This document shows positions 7,842 to 16,887 of a DNA stretch of 29,829 nucleotides, in pieces. The stretch is from positions 1 through 29,829 of the forward strand of contig DATDWE010000041.1 in assembly GCA_035289765.1 (NCBI GenBank), given 5' to 3'. A program made the translations under genes and the position numbers. The stretch comes from Candidatus Nanoarchaeia archaeon (GTDB taxonomy: Archaea; Nanobdellota; Nanobdellia; Woesearchaeales; UBA12501). Position 1 is the first letter of the stretch; each line of letters begins with the position of its first letter. The notes beneath the pieces were generated by a model, which searched no databases, was not told where the DNA came from, and worked only from the letters and a program-made list of their open reading frames with translations.

Positions 7842-8918
7842 TCAAGAATACATGTTAATCTGCTCCATGCAAAGCGCCTTTATGTCCTCTTTTGAGCTTC
7901 TTTTATACCATTCTACGGCGTTTATTATGCCTTTTTCAAGGCTGAACCTGGGTCTCCATCCAAGTTTTCTCTTGGCTTTGGAGTTGTCGAGACACAGCAT
8001 CTTTGTCTCATGCATCTTCTCATCAGGATTGCTGATGTCCTTCCATGATCCTTTGCCCCACTGGCTTATTACAGTATCAACAACCTTTGATACCTTTGCT
8101 ATAGAATCTGCATCAGGCCCAAAATTCCAGGCTTCTGCATATTCTTTTCTGCCCTCAAGGAGCATCTTTCCTAAGAGAAGATACCCATAAAGAGGGTCCA
8201 GGATGTATTGCCAGGGCCTTACTGAAGAGGGGTTTCTCACAAGTATGGGCTTATCATTATTCAGGGACGTTATGCAGTCAGGAACAAGCCTGTCCTTCCC
8301 AAAGTCTCCTCCCCCAATGACATTCCCTGCCCTGGCAGAAGCGACAAGTTTGCCTGTTTGCATAAGAAAAGAAATTCTGTAAGAATCTATTGCAATCTCA
8401 GAGCAGGCTTTGGAAGCGCTGTAAGGGTCATAACCCCAAATTTCGTCACACTCCTTATATCCGCAATTCTGCTCCTTGTTCTTATAGCATTTGTCTGTTG
8501 TGATGATTACTCCTGCTTTCACAGACTCTGTATGCCTTATGCACTCAAGGATGTTTACAGTGCCAATAAGATTTGTCGCAAATGTGTCCACTGGCTGCCT
8601 GTAAGATTCTCTGACCAGTGACTGGGCTGCCAGGTGAAAGACAATTTCTGGATTGTATTTATCAAAGACATTCTTCAAATATTTAAGGTCCCTGATATCA
8701 CCATATTCATTGATGATATTGCTCTTTAGGCCAGAATTCCTGAAAACAAAGTCATTCTCGCAATTATCAAGAGAAAATCCAATTACCCTGGCTCCAAGAT
8801 TGCGAAGCCACATCGCAAGCCATGCTCCTTTGAAACCGGTGTGGCCAGTGATTAATACAGTCCTACCCTTGTATACATCATTGAATGCGGACTTAATGGT
8901 ATTCACCACACCTTCCAT
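7842..8918 (-). CDS. rfbG: CDP-glucose 4,6-dehydratase
   Basis: ITGHTGFKGAWL, HLAAQSLV, TTDKCY, DPYSASKAC, ARAGNVIGGGD, RPWQ, WNFGP. Confidence 0.95.
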   Translation of the reverse strand: MEGVVNTIKSAFNDVYKGRTVLITGHTGFKGAWLAMWLRNLGARVIGFSLDNCENDFVFRNSGLKSNIINEYGDIRDLKYLKNVFDKYNPEIVFHLAAQSLVRESYRQPVDTFATNLIGTVNILECIRHTESVKAGVIITTDKCYKNKEQNCGYKECDEIWGYDPYSASKACSEIAIDSYRISFLMQTGKLVASARAGNVIGGGDFGKDRLVPDCITSLNNDKPILVRNPSSVRPWQYILDPLYGYLLLGKMLLEGRKEYAEAWNFGPDADSIAKVSKVVDTVISQWGKGSWKDISNPDEKMHETKMLCLDNSKAKRKLGWRPRFSLEKGIINAVEWYKRSSKEDIKALCMEQINMYS

Positions 8919-9688
8919 TTATGGTCTTTTTCCCAAAGATCATTGAGCTCCTTCAGGTGCTTTGGAGTATCCATTGCATACCAAAAATCATTTAGCTCAT
9001 AAGCCGCAAGTTCATTGTCTTTGGTGAGCTTCTTCATCGGTTCTTCCTCAAAGATGCATGATTCATCCCTGCTTAAGTAGCCAAATATCTTTTTATTGCA
9101 CACAAAGAATCCTCCATTCATCCTTCCATTAACATGCGGCTTTTCTTTGAAAGATGTAATCATTCCTTTGTTTATCTCAACAATGCCATATTGTGATCTG
9201 AATGGGGTTGCTGTTAGTGTAAGTATCTTTCCCTTTTTCTTATGATAATTATAAAGATCTTCTAAGTTTATGCTCGCAAGGCCATCTCCATAAGTTAGGA
9301 AGAAGTCTTCATCATCCTTGAGCAGATGCTGAACCCTTGCAATCCTTCCCCCAGTCATTGTGTTCTGGCCAGTATCTACAAAATGTATCTTCCAGTCGTC
9401 AAGTGCATTATTATTGTGATGCATTATCTTTGACTCCTTTGACCTTAGATTAAGCGTGAAATCGTTTGCAAGCTGTTCAAAATTGAGAAAGTATTCTTTT
9501 ATCATCTCTCCCTTATAACCCAGGCATAGAATGAACTCTTTTACTCCGTAATGGGAATATATCTTCATGATATGCCACAGAATAGGCATATTGCCTATCT
9601 TGACAAGAGGCTTTGGCTTGAATTCTGTCTCCTCCTTCAGCCTTGTGCCTGTACCCCCGCACAGGATCACTGCTTTCATGTTCTTCAC
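8903..9688 (-). CDS. rfbF: Glucose-1-phosphate cytidylyltransferase
   Basis: VILCGGTGTRLKEET..KPKPLV, LGYKG, DTG..TMTGGRI, TYGDG, NGGFFV, MDT; GGGGG SD at 9696-9700. Confidence 0.95.
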   Translation of the reverse strand: MKNMKAVILCGGTGTRLKEETEFKPKPLVKIGNMPILWHIMKIYSHYGVKEFILCLGYKGEMIKEYFLNFEQLANDFTLNLRSKESKIMHHNNNALDDWKIHFVDTGQNTMTGGRIARVQHLLKDDEDFFLTYGDGLASINLEDLYNYHKKKGKILTLTATPFRSQYGIVEINKGMITSFKEKPHVNGRMNGGFFVCNKKIFGYLSRDESCIFEEEPMKKLTKDNELAAYELNDFWYAMDTPKHLKELNDLWEKDHKWKVW

Positions 9689-9708
9689 AAAACAACCCCC
9701 AATAAAGC

Positions 9709-9716
9709 TTTATAAA
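9709..9716 (-). promoter_or_regulatory. TATA box (TTTATAAA) for rfbF-rfbG
   Basis: Lies 21 nt upstream of GTG 9688, inside overlapping 12-bp palindromes (9702-9713 and 9707-9718). Confidence 0.5.
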
Positions 9717-9782
9717 GCCTTTAAATACAAGTGATATAAATATTTTTAGTTTAATCTGGCTTGAAAAGCGCCAAAAATGCGT

Positions 9783-11603
9783 TTAATTGGATTTAGGCAT
9801 TATCACAGCAATTCCATAATCCCTGATTTTATATGCTTTAGCGCCATCATCCTGCAGATCTTCCATATATGGCAGAATATAGTTCTTATAACGAAGCCCA
9901 TAATTGGTGCCAATGCCTGTGCCTGTGCTGAGTTCATTTGAAACCAGCACGCAGTCAATTCTCTCTGGAATTAATCCTGAATACTGTGAAGATAATTGTG
10001 AACTATGATTTCCAATATTGCCGAAAGGAGGGATCTCGTATACATCATATATCCTACTCAGAGGGATGTCCATGAAGGCTCCAATGAACATATGCTCCAG
10101 AGATATTATCCCATTGCAGTCTATTATGAGAGACTCCAGAGCATCGTGGGATGATTTCATTGAGAAGGGTCTTCTCTCAAGAACGTGTAGATCGTTAGTG
10201 CTTATGTCATGCACAACATCAATGGCAACCAGCCCCCACATCGCAATGCCATTTGAAAGAAGTATTAATGCAACAGGCAACGCCAATCTTCTCAACAAAG
10301 ATGTTATTTTCTTTGTATTGTTTCCAAGAATATTGATCCTTGGCCACTGTTTTAAATGAGCAGAGATAAGATCAAGATATTTTTGCATAGTCTTGCCAAG
10401 CCATATTGCTGCCAGTACAAGCACAGGAATCACGGGCACCATGTACCTTCCTTTTGGGGAGAAGACAGCAATCAGGCCTATCTGAAGCACAATAGACATC
10501 ACAAACAATACCATTGACGCATTTTTTGATGCCCTGAGCGCACCAAAGATTATCAATAAGCTTGCAATAAGCGAGACAATAAAAGTGGGGACAAAAAGAT
10601 AAGAGAATCCCAATGAGTATGGCACTACAAGAAGGGTAAGCCATGCAAAAAGAATGACTGACTCCATGATGTTCCTGAAAAGCTGCCTGAATATAAAACC
10701 AGGATTGGCCAATACTATCTCAGTTATAGTCTCAGCTCCATCAAAAGCCTCCTTATTTGATATGTATGCGTCCATCCCGCCGTATGATTCATATGATCCA
10801 TATGCTTCTTCTATGTAGGCCCTGTTGTAATGGCCAATGAATCCTGTTTCAGCCAGGGATTTGCCGTCAGTGGGCTGCCATGCTGAGCTGAATCCCCATA
10901 CGTTGTTGAATCTATGGTCTGACTGGACAGACATAAAAAGAATAGACAAGGCTATAAGGAGAATAAAGGGAAGGTAATTTATGTTTGGTCTGAATGATTG
11001 CATTATTTCTTTGATGTCTTTCTTCTTCAGTATCAAATACAGATCCCACAGTATGAAAACTCCCAAGACTACAATATATGACCCCCTCAAGAAGTATGCC
11101 AGCACAAAGAAAGTATATGATGCTGCCTTCAGATAATTTTTATGTTTTTTTGAAGTGCTTGTCCTGATATAGACAGCAATGCAGCTGAACGCAAGCCCAA
11201 TTGCCTGAACAGAAGGCTCTGCTACTTTCAGGAAAGGCAGCCATAGCAATGATGCAAAGGTTGAGAGAGCAAGGCCAAGGTATCTTCGGAATAACAGCAC
11301 CAAAGAACCCAAGACCATAAAGTAGGTGAATATATGCTCTGCTATTACAGATACTGGATAGCCCATCCATTGGAAGAGGCTGAGATATAATGTATATAAC
11401 GGGCTTCTGTCAGGAAGTGTAAACCTGCCCGTTTCTAGGAATATCCTTGTGAAAAACCAATATATCCATGATTCTCCTCCTGGCTCCCAATGCATAAAAA
11501 GGCTGAGAACTATTGCCGCCAGAATGACTACGCAAACAAGAGATATCCTAAAATAAGTGTTCTTCAAGTACCTATTGTTCTTCTCCAGATCAAAAAGCTT
11601 CAT
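9783..11603 (-). CDS. Polytopic membrane protein (roughly 10 or more hydrophobic segments plus a C-terminal soluble domain); possible GT-C-fold glycosyltransferase
   Basis: 606-aa ORF with many hydrophobic stretches, an acidic first loop (EPGGES) and a large loop near residues 230-300; no diagnostic motif recognised. Confidence 0.6.
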   Translation of the reverse strand: MKLFDLEKNNRYLKNTYFRISLVCVVILAAIVLSLFMHWEPGGESWIYWFFTRIFLETGRFTLPDRSPLYTLYLSLFQWMGYPVSVIAEHIFTYFMVLGSLVLLFRRYLGLALSTFASLLWLPFLKVAEPSVQAIGLAFSCIAVYIRTSTSKKHKNYLKAASYTFFVLAYFLRGSYIVVLGVFILWDLYLILKKKDIKEIMQSFRPNINYLPFILLIALSILFMSVQSDHRFNNVWGFSSAWQPTDGKSLAETGFIGHYNRAYIEEAYGSYESYGGMDAYISNKEAFDGAETITEIVLANPGFIFRQLFRNIMESVILFAWLTLLVVPYSLGFSYLFVPTFIVSLIASLLIIFGALRASKNASMVLFVMSIVLQIGLIAVFSPKGRYMVPVIPVLVLAAIWLGKTMQKYLDLISAHLKQWPRINILGNNTKKITSLLRRLALPVALILLSNGIAMWGLVAIDVVHDISTNDLHVLERRPFSMKSSHDALESLIIDCNGIISLEHMFIGAFMDIPLSRIYDVYEIPPFGNIGNHSSQLSSQYSGLIPERIDCVLVSNELSTGTGIGTNYGLRYKNYILPYMEDLQDDGAKAYKIRDYGIAVIMPKSN

Positions 11604-11619
11604 AACATGAAAAAATGTG

Positions 11620-12183
11620 TCAACGCTGTTCTCTCAGGTAAGTGGCAAGGAAATGCCCGAATATGCCATGCACATCCTCACAGACCTCATAATTATCCTT
11701 TGGAAGGTAGGCATAGTAGTCAGAAAGCTCCTTCAGTTTCCCTCCCTTGAATCCGCAGATGCCTATAGTTATCATTCCCAGCCCCTTTGCAAACTTTACA
11801 GCCTCAACAACATTGGGGCTGTTTCCTGAAGATGATATCATTATGAGGATATCATTTGGAGAGGCCAGGTTTATCAGCTGCTGCTTGAAGATCTCATTAT
11901 AATGCTCATCATTGGATATTGCAGTCAGGTACCCTATGTTTCCTGTAAGACATATTGCCCTGTATCTCTTGAAGTTCTTGGACCAGTCCTGTGTTGCGCC
12001 TTTTGAAAGATCGCACACATAATGTGATGCAATAGAGGCGCTCCCCCCATTGCCACCAACAAATATCTTCTGGTTGTTCTTTATTGAATTCTTAAGGATT
12101 TCAAGGATCTCTGGACGGAACTCAAATATGTCTAATGCGTCCTTTATTTTTTCCTTGTACTTGCCCCATTCCTTATGAACCAT
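11620..12183 (-). CDS. gmhA: SIS-domain phosphoheptose isomerase (GmhA-like)
   Basis: GGNGGSASIASH, AISND, ISSSGNSPNV, CEDVH. Start moved from TTG 12189 to ATG 12183 (GGTG SD). Confidence 0.85.
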   Translation of the reverse strand: MVHKEWGKYKEKIKDALDIFEFRPEILEILKNSIKNNQKIFVGGNGGSASIASHYVCDLSKGATQDWSKNFKRYRAICLTGNIGYLTAISNDEHYNEIFKQQLINLASPNDILIMISSSGNSPNVVEAVKFAKGLGMITIGICGFKGGKLKELSDYYAYLPKDNYEVCEDVHGIFGHFLATYLREQR

Positions 12184-13213
12184 TGCCAAACACCTTTTCT
12201 TCCATGAAAGACAGAAGCATTTCTTTTGTCACGCTCTCCTTGTTACCGATTATGTTTGCTGCTATACCCCCTGCACAGTTTGCAACAAAAGGCACAATAT
12301 CATTGTCTGCATTGAGATATACAACCAAAGAGGTTATTGCAAAAAGAGCATCTCCTGCTCCGACAGTATCCTTTACAGAGGTTGTAACAATTGGCGCTTT
12401 AAAAATATTGCCATTGGCAACAAAGATTGAGCCCTTATTCCCTCTTGTCACCATAAACTTCTTCAGTTTGAATGTTTCCTTTGCCTCCTTTATTACCTCA
12501 AGGATGTCCTCAAATCTCCTCAAGAGAGGAAGTCTTAGCTCTGATTCGTCCATTGAAGTAAAGTCCATGTTATTATATAGCCTAAAATAGTTATAGCCCA
12601 TATTTGCGCTGTTTGACTGCGTATTGACTGCCAGGAAATTTGCCTTTTCTTCAAGCTTTCTTCTTATCGCTTCATTGATAAATCCGTGCCCAAAATCCCC
12701 CACAATTGCAAGATCATACTTTGGAAGCTCCTCATCAAGATAGTCAACAATCTCCTTTGAGAGTTCTTCTGTTATCGGCTTATCATTCATATATTCTATC
12801 TTGAAAAGCTTGTTGTTCCTGTGGGAATCTATAAATCTCTTCTTTATTATTGTTGGCGAATCTTTTTTTAAGAATGTCTTGACTGCCACATTGCCCTTTA
12901 CTGACTTTTTGATAAAGTCAAGGTTCGTCCTCTGATCTCCAATAATGGTTACAACCTTCACTTTGCTAACAAATCCACTCAGATGATTTGCTATTGCAAG
13001 TATTCCTCCAGCATAATTCTCCTCGCTGATAAATTCAGCAGATAGTATGGGATCCTTCACAGCCCTTCCTTTAGGCTTGACAAATACATAGGTGTCTATT
13101 ATTGTGTCCCCAACAACAAGAACGTTCAGCTTTGCTGCCTTATCAAGAACTGATTTTATCCTTCCAAAATCAAGGCTCTGTTTTACCTTCTTGATATAAT
13201 CCTCTGTGTCCAT
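12173..13213 (-). CDS. PfkB-family kinase, RfaE/HldE domain I-like (heptose-7-phosphate kinase), stand-alone
   Basis: VLVVGDTIID.Y, GG..A.A, TI.KKRF, GDFGHG, VTRG..G, DTVGAGD. Confidence 0.88.
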   Translation of the reverse strand: MDTEDYIKKVKQSLDFGRIKSVLDKAAKLNVLVVGDTIIDTYVFVKPKGRAVKDPILSAEFISEENYAGGILAIANHLSGFVSKVKVVTIIGDQRTNLDFIKKSVKGNVAVKTFLKKDSPTIIKKRFIDSHRNNKLFKIEYMNDKPITEELSKEIVDYLDEELPKYDLAIVGDFGHGFINEAIRRKLEEKANFLAVNTQSNSANMGYNYFRLYNNMDFTSMDESELRLPLLRRFEDILEVIKEAKETFKLKKFMVTRGNKGSIFVANGNIFKAPIVTTSVKDTVGAGDALFAITSLVVYLNADNDIVPFVANCAGGIAANIIGNKESVTKEMLLSFMEEKVFGNGS

Positions 13214-13218
13214 AAGAC

Positions 13219-13234
13219 TTAAACCCCCATATAT
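13219..13234 (-). repeat. 16-bp leader motif TTAAACCCCCATATAT, copy 2
   Basis: Exact match to 7773-7788. Confidence 0.7.
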
Positions 13235-13250
13235 GAAGTGTTAATGTCTA

Positions 13251-13258
13251 TTTATAAA
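13251..13258 (-). promoter_or_regulatory. TATA box (TTTATAAA) for the kinase-gmhA-membrane protein unit
   Basis: 23 nt upstream of the GGGGG leader, in an AT-rich intergenic gap. Confidence 0.6.
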
Positions 13259-13283
13259 TGTTCTGTTCATTATTTTCTTCTGT

Positions 13284-14501
13284 TTATTCTAACAGATGCT
13301 TATTCTCCCTGAGGAATTTAGCTCCAATACGGGAAAGAAATCCATGACAATGGCTTCCCTGCCTGAATAGCGCCCTGAATCTTTTCTGAAACTCCCTGTC
13401 CTCCTCTGTCTCCCTCCATGCGCCGTCTATCCTTTCATTTACCTCTTTGACAAGGTCAAGAATCTCCTCAGGAGTATTGTCAACCCATCTGACCCCTGCG
13501 TTCTTGTATTCGTCAGCCCTCCATGCATTGCTCAGGCCGGAATCCACAATCTCTTTAAAAGTAAGCAGCCTCTTTTTCCTTAATGAGTATAGTTTCTTTG
13601 GTATGTATACCCCCCTGCAGCTCCACGGAGGGTTCTCCAATGGAAGAACATTGACCCAGGCCTCCGGAACATTGAATATCTGGCCGACTTGATTCAGTCC
13701 GCATCCGTCCCCTAGAAAAAACTTGCATCTTGACGGGAGATATATATCGCCAAACTCTGACCTGTGCTTTGTCGCATAATCAATGACCCTGCTGCTCCCC
13801 ATATCAGGGAGCCTCTTCTCAACAATAGCCCCCATCCTGACTGCATAACCTCCTTTCGAATTGATGTATTCGACAGCTTTCATAGCAGTTGCTATGTCCC
13901 AGTTCCTGTAATCATGGTAGCTTGTGTCTATTGATTTCAGTTCATGAGCAAGATATTTTGGCCCTCTTGAGTGGAAGCAGATGAACCAGTCATTGCCCTT
14001 AAGCCCCATTTCTCTCAAAAGCCCCTCACCTTTTATTTTCTCCGGCCCAGTGAACTTCAGAACAGGTTTTCCATATGAGAATTCCTTGTATTCGTTTGAT
14101 TCCATTGGAAGGTCTTTGAAAAATCCAAGCTTTGCCACCAAGGACATCTTATTAAACAAAAGCTGAATAATTGTGCCGTTGATTATCTCTGGTACCTGGA
14201 TTATGGGCAGCACTCTTTTATACATCTTCAGAAGCTGCTTATTGGCAATCTTTGTTCCAGTTATGCCTATGAATTTTATTTTTCTTTTCTTTATTATCCC
14301 CATATCAAGCCTTCTAAGGAACACTTCTGTATTTGCGGCAAGATGACCTATCCTCTCCGACCTTATCTTTATGAACTTCAGCTTCACTAAAGGATCAAGC
14401 GTAAACAACAGCAATACGACCGGCAACATTGTAAGATTGATGAGTGCAAAAGTCAATGTCTTCAGTATTTTTGACCTGTTGTAGATGTCTATTAAGCCCA
14501 T
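13284..14501 (-). CDS. TIGR04372-family putative glycosyltransferase (distant GT9/heptosyltransferase relative)
   Basis: RIGHLA near the N-terminus; WFICFHSR, YHDYRN, GGYAVRMG, DIYL...CKFFLGDGCGL, PKK, DNTPEEI...V.E; one N-terminal TM. Start moved from TTG 14528 to ATG 14501 (GGTGA SD). Confidence 0.75.
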   Translation of the reverse strand: MGLIDIYNRSKILKTLTFALINLTMLPVVLLLFTLDPLVKLKFIKIRSERIGHLAANTEVFLRRLDMGIIKKRKIKFIGITGTKIANKQLLKMYKRVLPIIQVPEIINGTIIQLLFNKMSLVAKLGFFKDLPMESNEYKEFSYGKPVLKFTGPEKIKGEGLLREMGLKGNDWFICFHSRGPKYLAHELKSIDTSYHDYRNWDIATAMKAVEYINSKGGYAVRMGAIVEKRLPDMGSSRVIDYATKHRSEFGDIYLPSRCKFFLGDGCGLNQVGQIFNVPEAWVNVLPLENPPWSCRGVYIPKKLYSLRKKRLLTFKEIVDSGLSNAWRADEYKNAGVRWVDNTPEEILDLVKEVNERIDGAWRETEEDREFQKRFRALFRQGSHCHGFLSRIGAKFLRENKHLLE

Positions 14502-14554
14502 GTTTTCACCGCAATCCTGTATAATCAACAGACCTCTTTTAGCCCTTCCGGAAC

Positions 14555-15034
14555 CTAAAGCGATTTGTCTTTCTTTAGGCTTATGAATGCGGGCTTTTTT
14601 GAGTTATATGCTTTCATCACCGCTTCCCGTGTTTCCTTGGAGTTTTTGGGGAAGAAAGATTCAATGTTCCTGAAAAGTTTCATGAGCTGGGGACCGTCAA
14701 TCTCTGCATGTGTGGGTCCTTGGGTGGGGTAATCAGCATATCCCACAAGCTTGACATTGACGTTCTGCTCATTGATGTCCAGCTTAACCTGCTCAAAAGG
14801 CCTCTCTATGAGAAAGGGAGTTATTGTGTACACCCACGGCTTAAACCCTTCAAGCGCCATTCCAGAAGCTGCGCTTATCATGCTCTGCTCGCATATGCCG
14901 AAATTGAAGAATCTGTCAGGAAATCTATTGACAAACTCGTCAAGAACACCATAGCCAATATCACCCACTATCAAGATTACCTTTTCATCCTTTTCCGCAA
15001 GCTCAACTATAAGCCTTCCGAATTCCTTTCTCAT
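14555..15034 (-). CDS. Transketolase C-terminal-type subunit, pyrimidine-binding domain only (159 aa)
   Basis: GDIGYG, DRFFNFGICEQSM...ASGMALEG.KP, FLIERPFEQVK, GPTH; lacks the usual C-terminal domain. Confidence 0.85.
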   Translation of the reverse strand: MRKEFGRLIVELAEKDEKVILIVGDIGYGVLDEFVNRFPDRFFNFGICEQSMISAASGMALEGFKPWVYTITPFLIERPFEQVKLDINEQNVNVKLVGYADYPTQGPTHAEIDGPQLMKLFRNIESFFPKNSKETREAVMKAYNSKKPAFISLKKDKSL

Positions 15035-15795
15035 CTCAGCTCCTCATATGCCTGCTTTAGCTCATCTCCTTTGGGCAGCCTGCTGTGCCATTTAGGATCA
15101 TTCTCCATAAAGCTTATCCCCTTTCCTTTTACTGTGTCTGCGATTATCACTCTTGGAGTATCCTTGACTATTGTTTTGCTGCCAAGCTTGTCAGCAAGCT
15201 CTTTCACATTATGGCCTGCTGACATGATTACGTTGCATCCAAAGGCCTTGAATTTGGATTTGAGTGAATGCTCTGTTTCATTCATTACATCCTTTATTGT
15301 TGTGAGCGCCTGAAACTTGTTGAAATCTATTATTGCAGTAAGATTGTCAAGCTTGTATCTCTGGGCAAGGTTCATTGACTCCCATATTGTCCCTTCCTGG
15401 CATTCGCCGTCGCCCATCACAACATAGACATGGCCTTTCTCTTTCTTTAATTTCTTTGCGAATGCCATGCCAACTCCAATTGGAAGGCCATGACCAAGGC
15501 TGCCTGTTGTGCAGTGAATCCCCTCGCAAACCTGAATATCGGGATGCCCGCTTATTGTGGGGCAGTAACCAAGCTCCATGAGCGCAGTGTAGAGTGCCAG
15601 ACAACTATGCCCTTTGCTGAGTATAAGCTTGTCATTCTCCTTTAAAATCCTGAAATAAAGCGCTACAAGAATCTCGACAATTGAAAAGGAGGGAGCTATA
15701 TGGCCATCATTGTACTTCATTGACATGTCAAGTATGTCTTTCCTTATTTTCTTTGCTTTTTGCTCCAATGTCTGTGTACTGTTCATTAGGATCAC
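15031..15795 (-). CDS. Transketolase N-terminal (ThDP-binding) subunit
   Basis: GHIAPSFS, LSKGH, TGSLGHGL, GDGECQEG...N, TVKGKG, WH. The start could also be ATG 15786. Confidence 0.9.
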   Translation of the reverse strand: MILMNSTQTLEQKAKKIRKDILDMSMKYNDGHIAPSFSIVEILVALYFRILKENDKLILSKGHSCLALYTALMELGYCPTISGHPDIQVCEGIHCTTGSLGHGLPIGVGMAFAKKLKKEKGHVYVVMGDGECQEGTIWESMNLAQRYKLDNLTAIIDFNKFQALTTIKDVMNETEHSLKSKFKAFGCNVIMSAGHNVKELADKLGSKTIVKDTPRVIIADTVKGKGISFMENDPKWHSRLPKGDELKQAYEELR

Positions 15796-15801
15796 ATGAG
15801 A

Positions 15802-16887
15802 TTATACAAAATTTACATGCTCTGGAGGATTCTTAAGTTTCCATAAGAAATCATTTATCCAGTGGGTCCTGCAGTTTGAATAACATTTCTCATGTACATT
15901 TATTTTGCTGACCTTGTCTACAACTTCCCAGTATCTGTCGCTTTTGATTATGTCCTTGAATGACTGCTTTGTAAGGTCTCCCATGAGGTATTCATCGGAT
16001 TTATCATTGAAGAACACTCCGCAAGGATACAGTTTTCCGTCTCCTGAGGAGTACAGTAGGAAAGGCACCCCAAGGCAGCGGTCGTAGTCCCTTGCGCCCT
16101 CATTGCCTATCTTCAGCCATTTAACAATGACATTGTAACCTTCTGTTGTCTCGGCCTCTGCTGCTTTCAGTATCTCTGTGAAGCTCTTGTATTTCCCAAG
16201 CTGCTTGAATATCCCGAGGTCATTGTCAACAGTGTCACTGCACTGCTTTATCACAAAATAATCCACTCCGAGCTCTTTTCCAAGCTTTGCCAAGGGGATT
16301 GCCTGATCAACATTGGTTGGTGTAAGCACCATTTGCAGACCTATTGTGACAGGAAGTTTGAGCTCCTTTTTCTTCTCGACACAGAACTTTACACTCTTTA
16401 TAAAACTAGAGAAAAGGGGGCTTCCATGCACTCTTTTGTATGCTTCGTCGGATGCTGCGCTTATATTGAATCTTATCCACGTCAGGTTCTTGAGAGCAGA
16501 TATGCCTTTCTCTCCTCTGTCAAAGATTGTTCCATTTGTCCCAAGAGCCATGTCAACTCCGGCTTTTCTTCCTTCAACAATTGCATCATACATATGCGGA
16601 TTCATCAGAGGTTCTGCTTCTCCGATAATGGCCATGGATCTTACCCCTGCTTCTCCGGCATCCCTCATATATCTCAATAGAGGCTCTCTTGGAAAGTACA
16701 CTTTAGCGCCATTCTTGTAGAGGTTGCCCTGTATTGCACCATAACAATACTCACATCTTATGTTGCATCCTTTGCTCAACCCCACATCAATGTGTATCGG
16801 AGCTATCTTCTTCCCACTAAGCCAGTCATTCACTCTGTCAAGATGCCACAGCAGTTTGTGGCCTTCCATTTTGTATCTATCAACCAT
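15802..16887 (-). CDS. Radical SAM protein with C-terminal twitch/SPASM domain (paralog 1)
   Basis: CNIRCEYC, GEAEP, TNG; C-terminal C-x17-C...CYSNC. Confidence 0.92.
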   Translation of the reverse strand: MVDRYKMEGHKLLWHLDRVNDWLSGKKIAPIHIDVGLSKGCNIRCEYCYGAIQGNLYKNGAKVYFPREPLLRYMRDAGEAGVRSMAIIGEAEPLMNPHMYDAIVEGRKAGVDMALGTNGTIFDRGEKGISALKNLTWIRFNISAASDEAYKRVHGSPLFSSFIKSVKFCVEKKKELKLPVTIGLQMVLTPTNVDQAIPLAKLGKELGVDYFVIKQCSDTVDNDLGIFKQLGKYKSFTEILKAAEAETTEGYNVIVKWLKIGNEGARDYDRCLGVPFLLYSSGDGKLYPCGVFFNDKSDEYLMGDLTKQSFKDIIKSDRYWEVVDKVSKINVHEKCYSNCRTHWINDFLWKLKNPPEHVNFV

